A DNA stretch of 64,000 nucleotides from Podospora anserina (GCA_017654855.1 CM030334.1:1798001-1862000); one strand, 5' to 3'. Positions 15,505 through 29,090 are shown, numbered from the stretch's first letter. The notes: generated by a model not told the origin, from the sequence alone. A program made the numbers and translations.

Positions 15505-18481
15505 TCAGGCTGGCCACCTAGTCCGGGACCGGGCAGCCATTGGGTGGGAGCTGGTGTCGCTCGAGAAGGTCCGATGCAGGCGGGGTGAGGCAGGAGGTGC
15601 GGGGTTCCAGTTGATCTTACTCGAGGATGGGACTTACCTGATGTGTGTGTGGTCTGTGTGAAGAAGTGGAAGGGAAGGGATGCTCGAAGAATTCAGGAGA
15701 ATACGGCGAGATTAGCAGATGAAGTTGTTGATGGGGAAAGAATGAAGAAGGAAGGGGAGACGCGACGGGTGGTGGTGGTGGTGGTGGCATGAGCGACATA
15801 AAAAAGGGTGAGCGACCACACACGAAGGTGGGGTGAAGGTGGTGGTGGGCTGTGGTGCTTCCCATCCTTCCTTGCCCTGCTTGCATCACCGACCCCTCCC
15901 TGCCGCCGTCGCCCGCCCGCTCAAAAAGATAGTGTGAGACTTGCTGTTCACCCCACGCTGACAAAAAACTCAATTCCATTAGGGATCAACTAAGCATCCA
16001 AGGTATCATCCTGCCATTGGCGATGGCTCGCTTCATCGCCACCAGCCTACCACTTGGCGAAAAGACCTCCGTCACCGGGGGACCTGTCACAGCTGTCGCC
16101 CCGGCCAGAGTATTGCTCTAACTGTCCCCGACCCGCCGCCCGCGCGGGTGCGGTAACGCTGACGTTTGTAATTCTCGACTGTCTCCCGTCGTCTGAAATC
16201 GCGCATCTAGCTCTGTCGGCCTGCCAGGCTGGGGGTGGGTGGGCTGAGCTCAACACCACCATGCACATCGTGAGCCTCATTCTGATCTAGAGTCCCAAAG
16301 TACTCGCCTAACAGGTCCAAAACAACCCCGGAAGGCCAGTCTCGGGCTACGGAAGCTGTCATCGGGTTTACGAAAATGAATGTCCGGTAAGAAACGGACG
16401 GACACGGCTAAAAATGGACCTCTTCCACGGTTAACTCTCGGTATATGCTCCAGCTGCTGTCAATGATTGCCATTTGAGTATCCGTAGTCCTCGCCGAGAG
16501 CCAATCACCAAGATGGAATTTGTTTGACCATTGGATTTCCAAGTTGGCCCATTCTACGGAGATGACTAGCTAGGTATGTTCTCGATGTGTCCGGATTACC
16601 ACCCGAGAGCTCCGTGTTCGAGAAGTCGGTCCGCGAAGAGTCATCTAGTCATCCAGTAATCTAGTCATGCCGCCACCCAACTCCCAACACGTGCTGGGCG
16701 GACTGGCCGAGTTGGTCCCCTTATTCCCGTATGTACGTATTTAAAGTCAGCAATGGAAGTTGATGATATTCTATCGTGAATCTGATGAGGACTGAGGGCT
16801 GTGGCCTGGGCTTCGCTCAACAACATCTGCCAAGCCACCCTATCCATGCCTGCCCCTCCATGTGCCCCACCAGCCCTATGCCCGCTCTGAGTTTGATGCC
16901 ATGTCCCTTCGTCCCTGAGCTGTTCCGTCTCTTCCAGACAAGGCGGCGATATGACAGCGGGTATGGACTGGGCATCTCTCCTGAGCTGACGGCCAGCTCC
17001 ATGCACAAGACGTACGGCTGCCGTCCATCATTTCGCCTGCGCGCATGTTGTCGATGGCATCTGGGGCGATGGACACCGCAAGTACCGACGTCATCCAATA
17101 GTGACCGGGCCCCCCATGTCCAACTCCTGAAGCTCTTGTGGGTCTTGCCGAGAGAAGCTGCTGTTGAGCTTTCTTCAGCTTTCTGCTTCGGCCGCGACAC
17201 TCCGAGATGGCCTGCGCCGTGAAGGGGTTGGTGAGGGAATTCTGGATGGGTTGAGATGGGAAGGGATGACTTTCTTATCTATTTGTATAGTAAATGAATC
17301 CTGCTGTGAGACACAGCGTGGGGGTTGAGCAAGAGTGCAAAAAGAGACTCGGCCGACCGTGTGAACCTGACGTCACAGTTCGTCTGATATTTTGGTGAGA
17401 GGGCTTTGAGCTTGGGATGAGATGTTCGAGTTGTAACTTTGAGATAATACACGCGATTATTGCTCCAACGCCATGCTCAGGCCCAGCATATTCAAAATCT
17501 CTTCTCAAAGGCGCTGAGACATGGAAACTGCCCACAAATGCTCTGTGAGACCGACACAAATGCTGGTCTTGAAATGAGTAGGGGTCACTCTCACTCGCCA
17601 TCTCAGGTTTCACAGAGTCATATCGCCATCTCGTATTCCACGAAATCACCTTACCCTCTTTGTACCTCAGTGCGGCTATTACGCACCGGGATATGACGCA
17701 TTGCGCATATTCGACACACGTCTTCAAATCCAGGAACGGGAATTGTTGCCAGACCAGCAGTATCCCGGTACCCCGGCACCTTTGCCGGAGACGACAAGAG
17801 GTAGCATGTTGCCGGTCATTCATTCTCAAGCAATTGAAATACGTCTCGGAACAGGCTCCGGCTTGAAGATGGCTCTGCGGGAAAGGGGGGTATACATATG
17901 TTTTGCATCTCTAGCTCCAGCTGCATGATAACATCTCTTTTACAAGAACCTGTAAGGCCAACGGAGCTCCTCCTTCTTGAAATGCGTCTTGCCCGCCCTG
18001 GGAGCTGGTGGTGAAAAGTGGGAGATTGGAGATCGTTCACTTGATGAAGGGTCTCCCGCTGGTTGGGGAGGATAGGTAGGAAGAGGGCTTGTATGGGTAA
18101 AGACGACATTCGCCTGCTCCACGGTTTGTTCCAGTCGCCGCAAAGTTGAGCTTGTCTGGTTGATAGTGGGCCTGAGCTGGTGTGTAGCCGGTTGCTTTGG
18201 TGCGGACAATGGCTGTGCGTCTTGGTATGTTGACCCGCGAGGGGGTGGTGCGCCCTCTTGTTGTGTCCGATGGTTGAGTTTGTCGGTCAAGGACTTCCTG
18301 ACGATGCAGGCTTACTTTGTTCTTGCTGTTACCTGTGGAGTAGGAAGCTGAGAGGTTGGCAATGGAACCCTGGTGTGTTCGTTTCGGGATGGAGGTAATA
18401 CGATGTCCCGCGAGGAGGAAAGGGGGGGAGTGAGATGTAAGGAGTTATGGCAGGTACCGGCTGGTTAATTGTAAACATGAG

Positions 18482-18889
18482 TCTATATAGAGGAGAGAAC
18501 ATTTACGCAGCCACTTATTTATCTTATCAGTGGCCCCCTCCCAACCTATCTACTTACCTTTTCTATAACATAGTAAAAGGCCTTAAAGAAAGATTAATAA
18601 AAGTCTAATTTATGTTTGAAGGCCTTTAAATTATTTTTTTAGAACCTATCAAGTATCTTAATAGCCTTTAAACAATCCTTTAAAACCCTTAAACTATCTT
18701 TTAAGCCCTTTAAACTATCTTTTAAGGCCTCCTGATTATCTTTTAATATACTTTAACTATCGTTTAGAGCCTATCAAAATATCTTCTAACCCTTAATAAT
18801 CATACTTCGCAATATAGTTAAATCTTATATTCAGGCGGGGTGTTGGTAAGATGAATAGGGGGCTCCGTACAGGTTCTCTTCTATATAGA
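18482..18889. mobile_element. MITE-like non-autonomous element with imperfect TIRs and an AT-rich, RIP-like interior
   Basis: Left tacgcagccacttatttatcttatca (18504-18529) vs reverse complement of the right end tacggagccccctattcatcttacca; the inverted repeat extends outward to tctatatag..gagaac; interior has repeats of aaactatcttttaag. Confidence 0.7.
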
Positions 18890-19528
18890 GAGGAGGTTTA
18901 TTGATGAGGTGAACATGCCTTCCCTTTGGTGCACTGCTTGACCAGCTTCACAGGGACCAGACTGACTGACTTCAAACCGCTTCTTGGAAGTAGGAATAGC
19001 ACGAATATCTAACGAAGTCCATCCTGGAGCTTGTGCTTCTCGGGGCCGGAGACATTTGTAGTGGTGCTCCAAGAAGCTCTTGGTGAAAACGTCTGTTGAC
19101 GCTGTCTTTTTGGTCCCATCCACCACGGCATCTATGTTGCTTTGATGATCATACAGAAGGCCCCAGCCGGTCAATTGGCTCACGTCTTGAAGTGCTCGGT
19201 TCATCTCAGGCTTAGGCGCGCGGAAGTGATGATCGTCGGCAATCGCATCTCTCTTGGTGAGGTACTGGCCAATCTGTCGGTAGATCTCAGGGGGTAAGTA
19301 CAGGAAAGCTTGACTGGTGTTGTTCAAAGCGGGTATGATCTCGTTGTTGGCCGGTCTGGGTTTGCTGCCGCGTCCCCAGCCTGTGTTGAATCTTCTCCTG
19401 TCTGTCTTTGAGCTTGAAATGTGAAGGTTCGTCTGAGGGCTCGGGAGACGGTCCTGATGGGTAGCTGTATGGTGCGGTAAAGGGGTTCTGCCGATGGTTT
19501 GGTTGAAAGGTCGGCTGAAGTACGACAA
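18881..19528 (-). pseudogene. Unknown ORF with an F-box-like motif, probably frameshifted at its 5' end
   Basis: FLYLPPEIYRQIGQYL; no in-frame ATG at the start; 3' end abuts the MITE. Confidence 0.35.
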
Positions 19529-20263
19529 AATGTTCGCCTGCTCTCATAGACGACTCGTTGAAGGGTGCGAGGCTTGCTGCCATGAAGATGTCTATTCATA
19601 TATAATGGCCCCGTCCCGAAAACCTGCCCATTCCAGGGCACTGGCCTGAGCTGTCATTGCTGAAGTTTCAAATTGATATCGTCCGGAGTTGTGGAGGTGG
19701 TTTCACGTTCCCCGAGATAGACTCTGGCTTCTTCTAGTTCGGCCTTTTTCGTCGTCGGGAGTACTGGTGCGCTCGGGCTGCTCAATATGAGCGTTTACTC
19801 GCTGGTGTTTGGGTGTTACCCAGTTCATTCCGGCCGAAAAAGGCCGGCTCTGACGGTGAAGATGTGGAATTGATCCTCAGGTACCCTATTTGGACATATT
19901 GGCTTTTGCTGTGCCGACCCTGGTGATGATGGGTTTCATGACCTTAGTGCTACTGCGCCGAGACAACGGATGGGCCTTTCTCTGCGGAAGACTTTGGGTG
20001 GAATGGGTCGTAGATGGTATAGTAAAAATTCTGAGGATGCATCCGCCAAGATGCCCTCGTTTTTTCACTAGGCCTGGAGACGATGCCACAAGGAATGAGC
20101 TAGCTACATATATCTACATCATCAAAAAGCTTCAATAAGGTACCTACCCACACAGTAACATGTCAGAAAAGACCATCGATCCAACCGCAGTGTCACTGAT
20201 CACCACAAATCTACAATATCCTAAAATCCAATACTTGATTCCTAACAAAATTCAAACTTTAAT

Positions 20264-20505
20264 CAGGGTGGTCGACGGGATGAGTTGAGATGAGACGGCC
20301 CTCGATTTGACTTGGCTCACCGGCCCAGGGCCTCCATTTGGCTTGAGGCCATCACGATTTGGCTCATCTCACTGGCTTGCAAGACGTGGGACGAGCCGGC
20401 GGGAGGATTTGACTTGGCTTGAGAAAAAATAAGGCCAATTTGGCTCGTCTCACAGGCTCATCTTACAAGATAAGTCAAAACCGTCTCATCTCATCGACCG
20501 CTCTG
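20264..20505. mobile_element. 242-bp hAT-like MITE
   Basis: CAG..CTG termini; TIR cagggtggtcga..tgagatgagacgg / ccgtctcatctcatcgaccgctctg; degenerate 8-bp TSD actttaat (20256-63) / atttcaat (20506-13); internal tttggctc and tttgacttggct repeats. Confidence 0.75.
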
Positions 20506-21589
20506 ATTTCAATATCATCTCTCAACAATCACTAGGCTACCTACTTGTTTTTGGGGCCCAGCAACTGTGACGCTTGTGTTGGGTTGGTTGGCATTGCCCT
20601 GGAGTGCACGCTTCACCTCTTGATCTTGATCGATTGGACCAGCAGCCTTTTGCTTGTTTGCTATAACAGGTAGAGAGTCATCAACAGCAACAGCAGCAGC
20701 CTTTGACTTGGTCCTCGATTGTTTCTCCTGAAGGGGATAGTTGGTGTGGTGGTAATTGCCCCTATGACCTTGTCGGAAACTGCTCTACCAAAGCTATCAG
20801 AGGTCCTCCTACCCTAGTCCTAACCGTCGTAAGTCTATGAGGCGTCGGTTGTGCTTCATCTAATCGGTTGACAGTCATTGCCATATCTCTGAAAGAAGCG
20901 GCGGGACAATCCGGTGATCTTGATGAAACCCGCGTGCGAGCAGAGCTTCAGTGACTGCATCCTTTTCTCCTTCTCCATCCTCTTTTCAGTTGCAATGATA
21001 TCCGGATCCACCCGGGCAAGATAGTTTGACAAATCGAGCGGCTCGACGGGCTTGCAGGCGCCGTTGGTGGTATGAGCTCCCTTCTGGTGGCATCAGTGCA
21101 GAGGTCGTGGATGGAAGAGAGAGGCGTGAGGTTCAGGCGGCCGAGTTATCGACAGGGACCCAAAGGTGTTGCGGAGGAGCAGAAAGAAGAGTCTAAATTG
21201 GAAGACTAGTGATAACTTTTGGTCTTCTTTCGCTGGCTGATACTACAGTTTGACTGTGGCACTGAGAGGTGGATATGGGTAAGGAATAACGTGGCAGGAA
21301 ATTGATCTTCCGAGGAACGTTGACTGCGATGGAAGGTAGCTGCATCCGAACCACGTGAAGGACGTTGATGAAGTGAGATACGCGCCAGACAGCATCATAC
21401 TATACACCCTTCGGTAATTGTCACCTTCATAGATATTTATAATGCAAATGCACCCCCAATATCTAGTAGGTGCCGTTGACACAGTCTCCTAGAAACGAAA
21501 CGACTACCCACCCCCTCCCCCCCCCCTCAACTTCACACCAAACCTTGTTCATCACCTCCGCTGCAACGCCTCCTCTTACTTTGGCCCCC

Positions 21590-21740
21590 TTCACTCTCTC
21601 TGCCATCCTGTCTGGTCCTTGAAACGAAGGAGTTTGTCCCTCCAGCTCTTTCTGTCCATTTTGGCCTTATCTTTTACCAATTGAGCCGCTTCAGCCGTCA
21701 GGTTTAAGACATCGAGTTTCGACGACATCGGGGGCTTCTC
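21590..21740 (-). pseudogene. Divergent fragment of tandem family X (copy A)
   Basis: EKPPMSSK...AAQLVKDKAKMDRKSWRDKLLRFKDQTG resembles the motif in copies B-D. Confidence 0.45.
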
Positions 21741-21763
21741 GGACAACAGCTGTCAATATCTCT

Positions 21764-21960
21764 TCATCGTTGACTCGTCATCTTCTTCTTTCTTCCGAGC
21801 TCTTGGTAGAGACGGACAATCCGGTTGGCAACATCGTCCACTGCGCTGTTCATATCGACGATGAAGAGAATCTTGCAGAACTCATTGCGCGACTTGCCGA
21901 AGCGCATGATCGGACGCGATTGGGCCATTGCGATCGTAAAAAGGTGGCATAGGGTTGTGT
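21764..21960 (-). pseudogene. Fragment of an SF1 (Upf1/DNA2-like) helicase
   Basis: IAMAQSRP...KILFIVDMNSAVDDVANRIVRLYQELG resembles motif Ia of fungal SF1 helicases; no intact Walker A. Confidence 0.45.
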
Positions 21961-23027
21961 AAGGTACCTTACGTGATCTTCTTTTTGCACAGGTGGTACC
22001 GGGTGAATCGCCTGCCATTCTTGTTATCCAGGTGGCACGGAATTACTCGCTTGCGGTTCTCGTGCCCCAGATCCAGATAACAACTTGTTCCTGGCTTGCC
22101 CAAGAAGTACAAGATCAGAATCTTCCAGGAGTGCTAAGATCAAAGCGTCAAGTGTAGCTTCGTATAACATGGTGTTCTGCGCGGCTAAAGGCAGGGACTG
22201 GCTCGTGGTAGAAGGATTGCTGTAGATGATTGTTAGTCTAAGTCTTGCTCCCTTTACGAAGGTTATGCTTCAGCCCCAGAGATAAAAGTTTGGGTAAATC
22301 GATCGATATTCTGATTGAATCGAGAGGGGTGGGAAGGGTTTGGTTTCTACGACTTGGCAGGGAAACAAGAATAATTGCCTAGAGATTGTAAAGGCCGGGG
22401 AGATCGAGACGCTTACCTGAGAGCGCCAAAACGGTTGAGACCTGGATCATTGAACTGGTTCATCTTCCTCTTGTTGTTTTAACCTTTTTGAAATCCACCG
22501 ACGGGGAGATGAAGTTGTACGGCTTCAACCGTTCGACGGCGCCCACATCGTGGCCAAGTTGTCAAGGCCAGACTCAGGACCTACGTCGAAAACACCTACA
22601 TTCCTCAGGGCACAACCATCTCATTCCAGCTCAAGTCCTTTAACGATAATTCAATCCCCGAGGTAACTTCGCGTAGCATTTGGCCCAACGGAGTAGAGAT
22701 CACTCGCGTTCCCAGGCGTTCAAGAGGCTTCTGAGACTGTTCATTCACGATCGGGCAATCACTCGGAATGAGAGGGTCATGTAAACCCTGAAATTAAACA
22801 TCCCTCAGGAACCTGAAGGGGGCGTGAGGTTAGACGAGGTTGAAACGGAGAATTTCTTAATATAGAATAATCGGAAGACAGTATGTAGTGTGTCTAGCAC
22901 TCTTCACAATGACGATGACAACCCTTGAGGATCAATACAAGCACTAACAGGTCAGCACAAAAACCAACTATTCAGGTACAGTCCCCAATACCAAATTCCA
23001 GTCTGTTCCCCTCCCAAACCCTTCTTC

Positions 23028-23400
23028 CTACTCTCCAACAACCGGTAAACCCAGGCCTGGCTCAGTTAGGCCCAGCGCCATCCAACTCCTCCCCAATGTG
23101 AAAGCACTTGCGTTCCCCGAATGCTGCCAGGAATACCCATCTCTTTTTTGATATGCAGAATTTTGTCCGTACATCTTTTTCTCTCGGAATAAACCTCTTT
23201 TCTTCCCGCCTCGACGTCGCCCATTCCCTGTATTCCCAGCAGCTTGAGGAGATTGAGGACCCTGCCCGTCTGACCAGCTTTTGTGTACGGTGGTGGTTTG
23301 AGCTCTCACAGCTCTGGCTTACCCTATTATTCGGTCAAACCGGTTATGTTATGTACCCCGGGCAATGAAAGCCCAGAGGTACCAGGCGAAGTGTCTTAAA
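23028..23400 (-). pseudogene. Tandem family X copy B (degenerate)
   Basis: GMGDVEAGRKEVYSERKRCTDKILHIKKEMGIP, near-identical to copy D; the 3' flank 22881-22970 matches 24281-24375. Confidence 0.65.
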
Positions 23401-23739
23401 AAGCGTCCGTTTTATATAAAGTAATCGAAAGAATAGGTTCGTATAATATGTCTAAAACTCTTTAACATGTCAATGATAGCCCTGAATGCAACAATCACAG
23501 ATATTGACGGACAACATCAAAACCAATCATTCTGCACATCACTCCATTACCCCCCATATTACTAAACCATGATACATTCCTTCCCTTACCTAATCATACA
23601 CCACTTAGTCAAATGCCAAAAAGACCGAAGCCCTTCATAATTTCTCTGCCAAACATTTCTCTCGCCGTGCCCAGCTCTCCAGAACAGACCAGGCGACTGT
23701 TCGCCGTTACTCCCTCCAGTTCTCTCAGTTTCCATTTCC

Positions 23740-23990
23740 CTCGTCCCGGAACGCCTAGCGTTTGGTGCTTCGCGAGGGTACGATCGCCATTTCTCTCTTG
23801 ATATGAAGTATCTTATCGCTGTAGCTTTTGCAGGCCCTTTGAGCCTCAGCCCTTGCTGCTGCAGCTTGTAGAGCATCAATTCCATCGTCATTGACCAGCG
23901 AACAAGCCGAGGGCTCTGACCCCCGGGAATATACATTCCCAACCGAAGAGCCAGGAGCTTTTTTTTTGGATTCTGTTGATGAGGTTGCAA
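23740..23990 (-). pseudogene. Tandem family X copy C (frameshifted)
   Basis: KLLALRLGMYIPG / GSEPSACS...AAARAEAQRACKSYSDKILHIKREMAI. Confidence 0.65.
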
Positions 23991-24496
23991 GGTCTATCGT
24001 TGTGAGATTTAAGGCTCGCTGGGCTCTCCCTCAGTGACGGCGATAGGTTGGTGATCTGCTTTGGGAAGTTAAAAAGCTGAAATTCAAGTATATATAGCTA
24101 ATCAAAAAGAAGGCCTCACATTATGGGTAGGGTGTAGTGTCTGCCCACTCAATGTATGCCAGAAGCTCCGCGCAATATGAACGCTGGATCCTCTACACGG
24201 GGTGATCAGAAAGCCATAGGTATCAGGCGAAGATCTTGATAATTGTGCATCTTATACTTAAGATCATCAGAACTAGGCATGTAGTGAGTGTCTAGCACTC
24301 TTCACAATAACAATGACAAACCCTTGAGGACCACTACAACAATCACAGGTACTAACAAGTCAGCACGAAAACCAAATATCCTACACTCCCTTCCATTAAC
24401 CCCCCATCTCTACACTATCGTACATCTCCCCTTGGTATCTATTACACGACTCTACAACAACCAGTCATCGCTGTCCTCTCTCCATCAGTCTCCTCC

Positions 24497-25385
24497 TCAA
24501 CCTGGAAGGTTTTCCTGCTTACTCGCCCTACCACAGGGAATGCCCATCTCTTTTTTTGATGTGTAAGATTTTATCCGTGTAGCTCTTCCTCTCGGAATAA
24601 GCCTGTTTCCTCGCCGCCTCCACATCGCCCATGCCCTCAAAGCTGATCTCTGAGCAAGCAGGGGGCTCAGGGCCCAAAGCATCAATTAAACCCTGGATTC
24701 TGCCGGGAATGTGCATACCCTCAAGGAGAACTAGGAGCTCATTCTTGCGGGTATATACCCCTGTGCTGCGTGGCTGAACTTCCCGCCGCTGCTGTGGAGC
24801 GTCATGCTCGTTGTGCCCTTCATCCGCAGCGGCATTGGCTTCGTGCTGGTTCTTGTTCATCTGCTCATGCATGGCCATCCCTCCCTCGACCATGCGAGAA
24901 GTTTCGTCAAAAAGCGCCTCCGCAGCGCGAGCAGACGCCAGGGCGTTGTCGAGAGGCTTCTTCAACCGGACAATGACGGCGTTCAGCTCGTCGACTGTTG
25001 CGCCGTTATGGACCCGAACACCAGGGGTAATCTCCTCAGCCTGAGACTCGAGGTACTGAACGGTCTCCATGTTGCGCTGGCGGAGACGCATGGTGTTGTG
25101 AATGTTTTCGAGGAGTTCAGTGGGCGCCGTCGTTGACTGACGAGAGAAGGTTGAGGTGCTGAGCTTGCAGGGCTGATGGGTTCTCCGCGTTGATGGGTTG
25201 AGGGTGGTTAGGGACAGGGGTCTGATGGTTGACTTGAGGCATTGGGGAATTGTCCGCGCTGGGGGGAGGGGGTTGGTCGTATCCAGAGGTAGCAAAAACC
25301 GTGAGGGTAACTGGGTAGGATTGTTTAGCTTGATTACTCTCATGTTGATTGGATTTGTGATTTGAATTATGTGTGACAGTATCAA
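24497..25385 (-). CDS. Tandem family X copy D, the longest; helical/coiled-coil unknown protein with a likely frameshift in an A-run near the C-terminus
   Basis: 285-aa ORF 24528-25385 ending LLVLLEGMHIPG...GPEPPACSEISFEGMGDVEAARKQAYSERKSYTDKILHIKK; KKEMGIP continues in another frame. Confidence 0.55.
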
Positions 25386-26788
25386 ATAATCTTGTGAATA
25401 TAGAAATTCAAAGAGAAAAGCCCGGTGGTATTTGACTTCCTGACCCTGAGGAAAATGAAGGAAAAACGCGGGGAAGTTGCTCAGATGATAGGGACAAACG
25501 ACTTACTTGGGCAGACCAGAACCGCCGGTGCCTGTATTGTTGAACCCAGATATGTTAATATGCTGCTTTTGTCGCAGGGGACAGGGCTAAGTATTGACCT
25601 GCAAAGCAGTGGTAACGGTCCAAGCAAAGCCAAGAGTAAGTTCTCCATAAATTCGAATGAATTGCTCAGGACAATCGGAGATATTTTCTTCGGAGAGTCG
25701 AAGGTATTTTGTCACGAAAGTCGCAAGGAAGTGTTGAGGGAAGTGGAATATAACGGCTGACAAAAGTCGAAGAGAGTTGCTTAGAAAGCCGTGGCTAGCA
25801 ACGATGCCACGGTTGGTGATGCCAGAGCAGCCGTCGTCGACGACACGCTCGGGCAGTTGCCCTGTGCTGGTAGACCCGAAACAGAATGCTCCTTGCCATT
25901 GTTGACCATTGCGGACTATTGTTAAGGACTTGTACGTATTGTGGGATTGCACCTCGGAGGTTGGCGGCAATGTGCGGCATCCAGTATCCGTCAGATAACC
26001 TAGCTCTCCCCGAGACCTTCCATGCTCGTGAGTTTGTACACATCATACAAGCCTTGATACAGTCCTGCCTCTCCGTGTGGAGTGTCGAGAAGCTTGGGAT
26101 CATCGTGTGTCAAGAAAGCATTTATAAGAAATCATGTCGAACTGGTCCCCTGATTAAACACTCCCTACAGTAGGTTACATGCGATACAGGCCCTCTAGCA
26201 GTTGTCTTAATCCTTGAAGATCCGTGGAGGTCTAGACCCCCTTCCCCGCGGTAACGTAAGGTATTCGAATTCATCCTCATTTCCCAAGCTCCCATTCAAT
26301 GCCTGGTACTTCATATCAATGTATAAATCACCCCGAACGCCAACGTACAAACTCTCCCATCAGGAGGTGACGAGGCCACAAGTGACACCAAAAGTGATGA
26401 ATCCGGCCATCGTAGCAGTGGCCAACGAACGGTTGATATATAGGCTGGGTGACTGTTCTATGACTCTGGTGGTCAACACATCAGGCAAACCAAACCGACG
26501 TCTGACCAAGCCAAGCCAAACAGGAAACGCATGAGCATCATGGTCTTTGAGTCAAAGAGGCGCGAAAGGCACCCAGGACACATCGTGATCATCAAGAAGC
26601 CATGCCCAGAAGCTCATGCCAAAACTCGCCCGTCCCATTATCCTACAAAGTGATGATACACTATTCAAAAAACCCCAAACCTCCAATAAAATTAACAGTT
26701 ACCACCCCCCGTTCCCCAACTCCAAATCGTAGAGCTACACCCAACCCCCCCTTCCCTCATCCACCTGGATCTGTCGCGAGACCTCCTT

Positions 26789-27034
26789 TTAGACGTTATC
26801 CATGAACGTCATGTCCGAGAGGCCCTGCTCCCATGTGGTGTCTGCTGTGATAAACTTATCAGTCCATAACTTTCTCGCTACCCGGGCTTCGTCTCTTGCC
26901 GCGTCGTAATAAGGCCACTCGTTCGGTTGGGCAAACGCTCGTTCTAAAGCCTCATTGATTTGTTCTCTACTATTCAGCATTTTCAGCTTGGGCGTTGTCA
27001 TTATCACGTGAATCTCTCTCGGGAAAGTCGACAT
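26789..27034 (-). pseudogene. Possible distant family X member (copy E)
   Basis: DAARDEARVARKLWTDKFI vs EAARKQAYSERKSYTDKIL. Confidence 0.35.
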
Positions 27035-29090
27035 ATTCGTTTCGCTTGTTCAGGGTGTGAGGGGTCTGATTGGTTGTATGCTGGTGTCGATTTTGTATAA
27101 TGGGAACGAATAGTTCAAGAAAGATGGGATGAGGGGGAAAGGCTTACTTGACTGACGGCATTGTCACGGTTACCCAGCTGGCTAGAGTCAGGCATGCTGG
27201 GAACCTGCTTGAGTGATGTGATGCGATAATTGAGGGGATCTTGTCTAAAACCCTGATCTCGCGCGGTGTTCATATCATCATCCACAACCTGCCCCGACTC
27301 TTCGAAACGAGCCTTTTTGCATCAGTAATTGCGCATATATGACCAAGCCGTCATCTCTCTGCGAGGAACCTCAATGACAGCAGCTGCCTGTCCTCATCCC
27401 CTCCGTGTTGATTTCTGAAGCCAGTGAGTTTGCCGAGATCCCCCGGCAGTTGCTGGCCGATTGCTTTGCGTTGAAGCTTCACAGGGACGTTCCTGACGAT
27501 AAGGAAGATATTACCGGTGAGGATTGACCCCTTGACCTCCCCTCAGCAATATCGATGATGAGCTCTGCATCCCAGATATTGAGGGGATTCGGGGTAACTG
27601 TAGGGATTGGTAAGCCTAATCTTCCCCTGTCTTCCAAGGTTGTTTGATTTGCCCGCGACTCAGGGGTCAATGTTGGGGGACGTCAAACTTCTGGATACAC
27701 CACAGAGTCGAAAGAAGATGTGATGGTGAGCGCGGATGCAGGAATGGCCAGTGTTGTGGCATTAGTTGGCTATTGGCACTTAGAAGGGTCAGCGTGGGCA
27801 TGGAGAAACCTTCGAGGAGACAAAAGGTGTGCCATCAGAGCACAGGGAACACCGCCAGTCTTCTACTGCAGTATTGGAAGGTGAGCCGCCATCAGTCAGA
27901 GGTCGATGGTATATGAAAGATACACCTTATGGGCTAGAAGATGGAGGTTGATGGTCTTGTGGAAAAAGGGGTCAAACAAGGGAAACCGTCTGCAATATCT
28001 TCTCTCTTGTCCTTTTCCTCCATCTCTCTTATCTGTTACCGCTCCGGCGCCCCACTTATTTTCTGCTGCTGGATTACTTCTCGCTGAAGTTTGCGCTCTT
28101 ATTTTCTCTTCCTCTTCCTCCCTCTGACCGCAGCGACCCGGCTGAAACTCGTGTATCGACCGACCGACCGACTTCACCCATAATATCCAACCACTTCAAC
28201 CATCACATCAGCTTCATTCCTACCTCTCTTATCAAAGATGTCGAATAACTCGCAACCTTTTCTCTTTTTTAGTTCGTGGTCATTTCCCTTGTCTGTCGTC
28301 TGACTCATCTTCCTTGCGATGGCATCGGCTTTTTCTTGAGCCGAGTTCCGGTGATGAATGGCTGATGTTTGATCTCGTTCATTACGCCAATCTGAAGTTA
28401 AGCCCCTGCTTTTTCAACAGTGTCTTATCACCGACAACTTCTTTAAACCAGGCTTCATTCGACCCCCATCTCGAGGGGGATGGCTACCGTCCTGTTAAAC
28501 TTGGCCCTTGAGGTGAAAGCTGTGGAGGATCTTCAATCAGACATGAGGGCAACTCTGACCACTTCAAGTGATTAGCTGAACGAGCGTTCCGGAACAACCA
28601 TGAGCAGATTGGTATACCGCTTCCGCACTTCCCAGTGTTCATGCTTCGCAGCCTTGACCATATGGTGGAAAGGGAGCATTCAGATGAGGGGCGTAGCTGA
28701 GAATTTCATAGCGCAGTATGTGATCATTAGCAGCTGAGGCATCGCTAGAAGATAGTTCAAAGTTGTGACTTGTGGTCTACCTAGGTGCCCAGTTGGATGT
28801 GCGACGGGAGAGATATTTATCTCCCCTGCGAGCCAGGCCGGTGGTGATTCACATCATCGGAGTCACAAGTTGTTGAGAGATAGGCGTTTACGCCATTTGC
28901 TAGTGTTCTTTAAACTGAGCACACAGACGCCCGGGCATGTTTAGGTTCAGCCTTTCAGCCACAGCGAGGTTACACAACCACAATACCTGGAAAGCATGAG
29001 TCACGTGTTATGCGCTGACCGTCTTAAGTTCGACCAGTAGGTAGGTAGTTGCGCCCCGTCAGCCTTCGACAACCCCCCCTAGCCTCAAAC

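Noticed and set aside
16665..18290. Several overlapping 100-180 aa ORFs just inside the island
   Set aside because: No recognisable motifs or consistent frame; they may be pseudogene remnants but cannot be supported.
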